DNA of 64,000 nucleotides, taken from contig CBDCCI010000002.1 of the NCBI GenBank assembly GCA_965214705.1, positions 192,001 through 256,000 of the forward strand, given 5' to 3'. Shown here one piece after another: positions 58,555 to 64,000 of the stretch (positions within the stretch are counted from its first letter, which is position 1; each line of letters starts with the position of its first letter). Below the pieces are notes generated by a model. It saw nothing but the letters and a program-made list of their open reading frames with translations. It searched no databases and was not told the DNA's origin. A program made the translations under genes and the position numbers. The stretch comes from Alphaproteobacteria bacterium. GTDB taxonomy: Bacteria; Pseudomonadota; Alphaproteobacteria; UBA828.

Positions 58555-59995
58555 GTGCAAGAAGGCCGCTGCCGGGGCCGCGCTCGCCGTCCTGCTCGCG
58601 GCCGCGCCGGTCGCCGGCACGAGTGTCTCCGGCACGAGTGTCCGCGCCGACGTGCTCACGGAGATGCAGTCCTTCTGGCAGGGCACGGTCTCGAACGTGA
58701 CCGGCCCGACTGCCTTCGAGGGCCAGGCTTCGGGGCACTGGACGCTCGGCAACCTCTACATGCGCGCCCCGGTGCGCTCGGAGCAGATCGCGACGGTGAA
58801 CCTGCCGTCGTTCCGCGCCGGCTGCGGCGGCATCGACGCCTTCGCCGGCGCCTTCTCCTTCATCGATAGCGACCAGCTCGTGGCCTTCGCCCGCGCGGTT
58901 GCGCAGAACGCCGCCGGCTTCGCCTTCGAGCTGGCGCTGGAGACCATCTCGCCGGTGATCGCCGAGACCATGTCGAAGCTCCGGGCGCTGGCGCAGTGGG
59001 TCAACAGCCAGAACCTCAACAGCTGCGAGACCGCCCAGGCGCTGGTCGGCGCGGTATGGTCGAAGAACGACCGCGCGAGCGCCGCGATCTGCGCCGCCAT
59101 CGGCACCTCGCAGGGGATATTCTCCGACTACGCCGCCGCGAAGCACGGCTGCGGCGCGGACGGCAAGCGCAACTCCACTCTGGCGTCGGCCTCCGGCGCG
59201 ATGGCCGAGCAGGTTCCGGTCAACGTCAACTACGCCTGGAAGGCGGTGCGGGCCTCGTCCTTCCTCTCCGGCGACACGGCGCTTGCCGAGTTCGCCATGT
59301 CGGTCACGGGCACGGTGATCGTCACCGCGCCCACGTCCGATTCCGATACCTCCGGACCCCGGGTGCGCATCCTGGAGCCGCTGGCGCTCGACCGGCGGGT
59401 GACCGAGGTGCTGATGGAGGGGGGCGGCGAGCTTCCCGTCTACCGCTGCGATACCGCGGACCGGTGCCTCAACCCGTCGCTCGGGCGGGCGACCGTCCCC
59501 GCGGGCCGGGGCTTCCGCAACCGCGTGGCGATGCTGCTGCGCGACCTGGTGGACGCGGTGAGAGCGGACACCGCGCCGACTCCCGCCGCGCTCGGACTGG
59601 TCAACCTCACGGTGCTGCCGGTCTACCGGGTCGCCAACGTCGCGGCCGCCTACCGGGGCGCGGTGGTCGACCGGGAGATGGACGCGCTCGCCGAGGCCGT
59701 GGCTCTCGACGTGCTGCACGTCTGGCTGTCCGATTTGCACCGGACGGTGGAGGAGCGCGCGGGCGCGCTCGACATCGCCGACGGCGAGCAGCTCGACCGC
59801 TGGCGCGAGGGCCTGCGTTCCAACCGCACAGCGCTCGCCCGGCACCGCTCGGCGGGCCTGCGGCGGTTCAACACCGCGCTCGGAGTGATCGAGAAGCTCC
59901 GCCTCATCGAGACCGAGCTCGCGGGCGCGCTGAGCGCCGATCTCCGGGCCGCATTGGCGTTCTCGCGCGGCGGCGCGGCGGCCGGGTCCCGGTAG
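58544..59995 (+). CDS. traH: F-type TraH
   Basis: NVTGP.AFEGQ, PSFRAGCGGIDAFAGAFSFI, FELAL, NSCE.AQ. Confidence 0.93.
   Translation: MITECKKAAAGAALAVLLAAAPVAGTSVSGTSVRADVLTEMQSFWQGTVSNVTGPTAFEGQASGHWTLGNLYMRAPVRSEQIATVNLPSFRAGCGGIDAFAGAFSFIDSDQLVAFARAVAQNAAGFAFELALETISPVIAETMSKLRALAQWVNSQNLNSCETAQALVGAVWSKNDRASAAICAAIGTSQGIFSDYAAAKHGCGADGKRNSTLASASGAMAEQVPVNVNYAWKAVRASSFLSGDTALAEFAMSVTGTVIVTAPTSDSDTSGPRVRILEPLALDRRVTEVLMEGGGELPVYRCDTADRCLNPSLGRATVPAGRGFRNRVAMLLRDLVDAVRADTAPTPAALGLVNLTVLPVYRVANVAAAYRGAVVDREMDALAEAVALDVLHVWLSDLHRTVEERAGALDIADGEQLDRWREGLRSNRTALARHRSAGLRRFNTALGVIEKLRLIETELAGALSADLRAALAFSRGGAAAGSR
58614..58643 (-). repeat. 15-bp tra repeat, 2 units (traH signal-peptide end)
   Basis: CCGGCACGAGTGTCT CCGGCACGAGTGTCC; encodes GTSVSGTSV. 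Confidence 0.85.
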
Positions 59996-60012
59996 CGGAC
60001 GGAGTGAGCGGC

Positions 60013-62901
60013 ATGTTCGAGCTCTTCACCCTCGGCGGCGGGACCTACCTGGTCGACCTGCTGAACGCGGTCGCCGCCATCACCGGCGGCGGCGCCTATG
60101 TAATGCTGGCCCAGATCGCGGGCGTCGGCGGCCTCGCCTGGGTGCTGTTCCGCACCGCCTTCGGCGGCTCCTGGAAGGACAACGCCAAGTGGGTGCTGCT
60201 GTTCGTCGCCGTCTGGGGCGCGATGATCGTGCCCAAGACGACGGTCAGGGTGGTGGACCGGCTGGACCCCGCATTGGCGCCCGCCGTGGTGGCGAACGTG
60301 CCGATCGGGCTCGCGCTCTTTGCCTCGCTCACCAGCCAGGTGGGCGACGGGCTCACGCGGCTTACGGAGCAGGCGTTCACCCTGCCGAACGACCTCGCCT
60401 ACCAGCGCCACGGGCTGATCTTCGGCGCAAGGCTCGCGGCCAAGGCGACCAGGCTCGAAGTCACCGACGCGGTGTTCGCACGGAACCTCAGGAACTACGC
60501 GAGGCAGTGCGTCTTCCACGCGCTCCTGCTCGGCCACGTCTCGGCCGACAATCTGCGGGAGTCGACCGACCTCTGGACGCTGGTGACGGCCGCGGGCACC
60601 CCGTCGGCGGGCGCCTCGCCCGCGCGCATGGTGGAGTTCGCGACGCGGACCGCGGGCGGCACGGTGGACCGCGAGATCGTCACCTGCCTGGATGCGGCCG
60701 GCAGGCTGAACGCGCAGTGGACCGCCGAGCTCGCCCGCGCCGGCACCGTGTTCGGGCGAAGGCTCTTCCCCGGCGCAGCTACCGACGCGCTCGCCCGCGC
60801 GGAGCTGCTGGCGGCGCTTCCCGCCGCCCACGGCTTCCTCATCGGCGCCTCGCGCTCGGCCGCCGAGATCATGCGCCAGCAGATGACGCTGAACGCGGTC
60901 CACGCGGCGGGCGAGCAGTGGGCGGCCGAGGCCGGCAACGCGGCGGCGCTCCGCGCCTACACCGAAGCGAGGGCCGAGGCGCAGACCGTCTCGGCCTACC
61001 GTGCCATCGGACGCCAGGCCGAGACCTGGGTGCCGCTGCTGAAGATCGTCTTCGAGTGCCTCTACATCGGCGCCTTCCCGATGGCGGTGCTGCTGATGCT
61101 GACGCCTGCGGGGGCGGCGATATTCCGGTCCTACGTCACCGGGCTCGTCTGGCTCCAGTCCTGGGGGCCGCTCTACGCGATCCTGCACCGCATTTCCATG
61201 GGAGAGGCGGCCGAGCGCATGAGCGCGGCGGCGATGATGCCGGGGGGCGACGTCGGCATCTCGCTGGTGGCCCAGGCCGGCATAAGGGCGGTCGCCTCGG
61301 ACGTGGCGGTGATGTCGGGCTACCTCTCGATGTCGGTGCCGTTCCTCGCCGCGGCCCTGGCCTACGGGCTGTCGAAGGCGACCGTGCTCGCGACCTCGGT
61401 GCTGGCCGTCGGCCAGGACGCGGCGTCGTCGGCCGCCCACGAGGGCACCACCGGCAACATCGCGCTTGCCAGCACTGCCTACGACACCCACCGGTTCGCG
61501 ACACTGGAGGGCCGGCAGATCCGCACCTCGGCCCATGTCGATGCGGACCGCCATGCCGGCTACACCCCGGGCGGGGCGCTCTTCACCGTGACCGGCGACG
61601 GCACCGCGGTGGCGGATGCCTCGGCGGCCACCAGCCGCATCCCCGCCGCGGGCATCAGGCTGTCGGAGTCGCTGGCCGCATCCCACGAGGCCCGCGCCAC
61701 GGAGGCCCGCAGCCTCTCGCATCACTTCTCGGCCGAGGCCGGTCAGGCGCGCAACGCCGCCGTGACCGACGCCACCGCACTGGTCGAGCGCTACGCCCGC
61801 GACGTCTCCACGGGCGAGGCGTATGCCCGGGGCGTGACCGAGAGCGAGAGCGCGCAGGCCCAGGCGCTCGAATCGCACATGCAAAAGCTCGCGGAGACGG
61901 CGGGGATCTCGAAGAGCCAGGCGCTGATGCTGACCGGCGAGGCGAAGATCGGCGGGGGATGGAGCAAGATCGTGGAGCTCGGCGCGGGCGGCTCCGCCAC
62001 CTGGCGCGGCCAGACCATCGAGTCGGACGACTGGTCCAGGGTGAAGGACTACGCGGAGCAGCACCAGGTGCTCGACCTCTGGTCGCGGGTCTCGGACGCC
62101 TCGCGGCGCTGGTCCACCACGACAGGCGAGAGCGAGGCGGCGAGCCTGTCCGACAGCCTTGCCGCCAACCTCACCCGGATGCGGAGCTTCCAGGAACGCG
62201 CATCGGTCGCGCTCCAGGAATCCGAGAGCTGGTCGGAGCAGGCGGCGCGGACCGCAACGCAGGCGCAGGCGATCGACCGGGAGCTGGGCCAGCCCTTCTT
62301 CGCCTGGCTCGCCGAGCGGCCGGGCGCCGACGGCAGGCCCCTCGGGACCGCCGCCGCAACCGCCATCGCCCTGCCGCAGACGCCGGAGGACCTGGAGGTG
62401 CTGCGCGAGCATGCCGCCGCGTTCGTGGCCGAGAAGTTCCCCGCGCCCGCCGGCCCCGACCCGGCGGAGATCGGCGGGCGCACCGAGTACGGTGCGGACC
62501 GCGACGAGTTCGCGGACGCGCAGGTCGGCAAGACCCACGAGGCGCATGACGGCTGGGGGAAGGATGTGAAGGAGCGGGCGCGCGCCGCCGGCGCGCCGGC
62601 GCCGGGGGATGTGGACGCGGCTGCGATCCGCGAGCGCGCAGAGACGAAGGCCGACATGACGGTGAGCGAGGCCGGGCGCGAGGCCCGGGCCGGACAGACC
62701 GAAGAGAAAGCCCGCGCAGGCCGCGCCGGCGTGGCGGTCCAGGCCGACAAGCCGCTGGAGCGTCACGCCACCGAGAGCGTGCCGCTGATCGGCGGCTGGC
62801 TCGCCGACAAGCTGTTCGGCACCGCCGAAAACGCCGCGCCGGACGGGGCGGAACAGACGCCCGAGCGGCCCGCGCCCGACCGGCGGGAGCGGTCGCCGTG
62901 A
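60013..62901 (+). CDS. traG: F-type TraG (mating-pair stabilisation)
   Basis: MFELFTLGGG..LNAVA, VANVPIGLA, WLQSWGPLYAILH; long hydrophilic C-terminus. Confidence 0.92.
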   Translation: MFELFTLGGGTYLVDLLNAVAAITGGGAYVMLAQIAGVGGLAWVLFRTAFGGSWKDNAKWVLLFVAVWGAMIVPKTTVRVVDRLDPALAPAVVANVPIGLALFASLTSQVGDGLTRLTEQAFTLPNDLAYQRHGLIFGARLAAKATRLEVTDAVFARNLRNYARQCVFHALLLGHVSADNLRESTDLWTLVTAAGTPSAGASPARMVEFATRTAGGTVDREIVTCLDAAGRLNAQWTAELARAGTVFGRRLFPGAATDALARAELLAALPAAHGFLIGASRSAAEIMRQQMTLNAVHAAGEQWAAEAGNAAALRAYTEARAEAQTVSAYRAIGRQAETWVPLLKIVFECLYIGAFPMAVLLMLTPAGAAIFRSYVTGLVWLQSWGPLYAILHRISMGEAAERMSAAAMMPGGDVGISLVAQAGIRAVASDVAVMSGYLSMSVPFLAAALAYGLSKATVLATSVLAVGQDAASSAAHEGTTGNIALASTAYDTHRFATLEGRQIRTSAHVDADRHAGYTPGGALFTVTGDGTAVADASAATSRIPAAGIRLSESLAASHEARATEARSLSHHFSAEAGQARNAAVTDATALVERYARDVSTGEAYARGVTESESAQAQALESHMQKLAETAGISKSQALMLTGEAKIGGGWSKIVELGAGGSATWRGQTIESDDWSRVKDYAEQHQVLDLWSRVSDASRRWSTTTGESEAASLSDSLAANLTRMRSFQERASVALQESESWSEQAARTATQAQAIDRELGQPFFAWLAERPGADGRPLGTAAATAIALPQTPEDLEVLREHAAAFVAEKFPAPAGPDPAEIGGRTEYGADRDEFADAQVGKTHEAHDGWGKDVKERARAAGAPAPGDVDAAAIRERAETKADMTVSEAGREARAGQTEEKARAGRAGVAVQADKPLERHATESVPLIGGWLADKLFGTAENAAPDGAEQTPERPAPDRRERSP

Positions 62902-62906
62902 GCGCG

Positions 62907-63314
62907 TCAGATGCCGCGGTCGTGGTTGCGGAGCCCGTGGTCCTCCAGCAGGCGCTCGCGGTCCTCGGCGATGCGCATGTACGCGAACGCGCCGGTGCGG
63001 GTGCTCCAGTCGAAGCCTTCCGCATCGGTGTCGGGAAGACACCCGCGCCCGCGGCCGCCGAAGGCCGGCCGGTCGCCATGCGCGAGGCCGCATCCGAGCG
63101 CGGCGGCGAGGCTGGCGATCGCCGTCCAGGCGACAGCAATCACCCACACGAATCCGACGATCTCGCCGTCCGCGCCGAGGAGGAGCGAGACGGCGGTAAC
63201 GGGCACGGCCAGCGCCAATCCGCCGAGCACGAAGGCGCGCTCCCGCCGGGTGGAGCGGCGCGGCATGCGAGGCCGCCCCGTGCCGTCGGGCGGCGGTGTC
63301 GACGTGCGTGCCAT
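62907..63314 (-). CDS. Small two-TM membrane protein, candidate entry-exclusion factor
   Basis: 135 aa, two hydrophobic segments, convergent with traG, GGAGG RBS. Confidence 0.55.
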   Translation of the reverse strand: MARTSTPPPDGTGRPRMPRRSTRRERAFVLGGLALAVPVTAVSLLLGADGEIVGFVWVIAVAWTAIASLAAALGCGLAHGDRPAFGGRGRGCLPDTDAEGFDWSTRTGAFAYMRIAEDRERLLEDHGLRNHDRGI

Positions 63315-63514
63315 GGCGGAGACCTCCGTTGCAGGGCGCGGGGGGAGCCGGAGGCTGGGAGCGCGGAGCTTCGCTCCCCCTCCGGCCCCGGCTCCTTCGC
63401 CCCGCTTCCGGCCCGGCTCCGCCTCCCGGCGGCGATCGTCGAGTCGATTGAGATTGCCGCGCCGGCTCCCTTCGAGCCGGCACGTCCCACCCCCTGCATG
63501 AAAGGAGATACGAC

Positions 63515-63610
63515 ATGCTGCACATCAACCGGGTGACTCTGCTCGGGTACGCCGGCCGCGATCCCGATCTGCGAGCGCTGCCGGACGGGGGCGGTGGCGA
63601 TGTGGAATGA
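63515..63610 (+). pseudogene. ssb: Truncated single-stranded DNA-binding protein
   Basis: AAGGAG RBS; MLHINRVTLLGYAGRDPDLRALPDG matches the SSB N-terminus; stops after 31 aa. Confidence 0.8.
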
Positions 63611-63661
63611 CCCCAGGCGCCCGGGCGGCAGGGGCATGACTCGAACACGGGAGCCCGGACC

Positions 63662-64000
63662 ATGAGGACGGTCGGCAGCAACACCCTTCGCGGCGGGCAG
63701 ACGGTCTTCCACGGGCTCCGCATGTGGGGCCAGCTCCTGCAGGCCGCGATGTTCCTCGCCGCGATCGCCGTCGTGGCCTTCCCCGTCTGGCACGTGGCCC
63801 GCCAGACCGACGGCTACGACTGGTACGCCGCGGGCATGGTGACCCTCGCCGAGGCCAAGCTCGCGGTGGGCTACCAGGAAACCTCCGGCCAGGAGGTGAG
63901 GATGCGGAACGGGCGATACGAGGTGATCAGTATCCGCGACCTCGCCGCCTCGACCGAAGCGCTGCGGGTCCGGGAGAGGCTGCGGGACCGGGTGTTCGCA
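63662..64000 (+). CDS. traD: Type IV coupling protein TraD, N-terminus (runs off window)
   Basis: NTLRGGQTVFHGLRMWGQ resembles the F TraD start (TQGGQ..RMFSQ), followed by a TM segment; frame open to the window end. Confidence 0.72.
   Translation, partial: MRTVGSNTLRGGQTVFHGLRMWGQLLQAAMFLAAIAVVAFPVWHVARQTDGYDWYAAGMVTLAEAKLAVGYQETSGQEVRMRNGRYEVISIRDLAASTEALRVRERLRDRVFA

Larger units (their letters stand above)
30500..64000. mobile_element. Integrative conjugative element with F-type T4SS (partial; continues past window; left boundary approximate)
   Basis: Abrupt AT-rich shift after the SDR gene, tandem integrases, defence cargo, cI/cro-like switch and F-type tra gene order through traD; att site not identified. 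Confidence 0.82.

Noticed and set aside
55649-63723. Very long antisense ORFs (1398 aa, 1357 aa) and similar ones across the window
   Set aside because: They mirror real high-GC genes on the other strand, are low-complexity and carry no motifs.
30500-64000. Avoidance of CTGCAG (PstI/BsuBI site) in the element
   Set aside because: CTGCAG occurs several times in both the ICE (e.g. near 33035, 41318, 49330, 57518) and the host half; no depletion is evident by eye and the specificity is unproven.

Overview
High-GC proteobacterial chromosome segment with two halves. (1) 1-30.5 kb is host metabolism: tRNA-Gln(CTG); a methylated-amine module (GcvT-family aminomethyltransferase, trimethylamine dehydrogenase, divergent Liv-type ABC binding protein and two permeases, three phased FadR/GntR-type boxes); LytTR/DUF2141/carotenoid oxygenase; orphan ureE-ureG with a flavin monooxygenase; acyl-CoA ligase; a nicotinate-type operon (molybdenum hydroxylase, 6-hydroxynicotinate reductase, UPF0280, hydantoinase/oxoprolinase A+B); glutamate dehydrogenase; enoyl-CoA hydratase; Na+ symporter; an antitoxin with a decayed PIN toxin; GST; SDR. 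(2) About 30.5 kb to the window end is an integrative conjugative element (ICE): four tandem arm-type tyrosine recombinases in A-B-A-B order (one broken); a defence cassette (RHH, methyltransferase, BsuBI/PstI-family endonuclease, calcineurin-like phosphoesterase, Hsp90-like ATPase); a phage-like switch with one cleavable and one catalytically dead S24 repressor; and an F-type tra operon (traA L E K B V C, trbI, trhF, traW U, trbC, traN F H G, start of traD) showing decay (traU amber, traW deletion, ssb stub). The two most striking observations are a 15-bp near-palindromic DNA unit (NGACACNNGTGCCGG) present as 17 copies at 10 sites inside tra-operon coding sequences, in both orientations and five reading frames, and the phosphoesterase + Hsp90-like ATPase pair beside the R-M genes, a candidate undescribed defence system. 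All calls are by eye from motifs; no searches were run.
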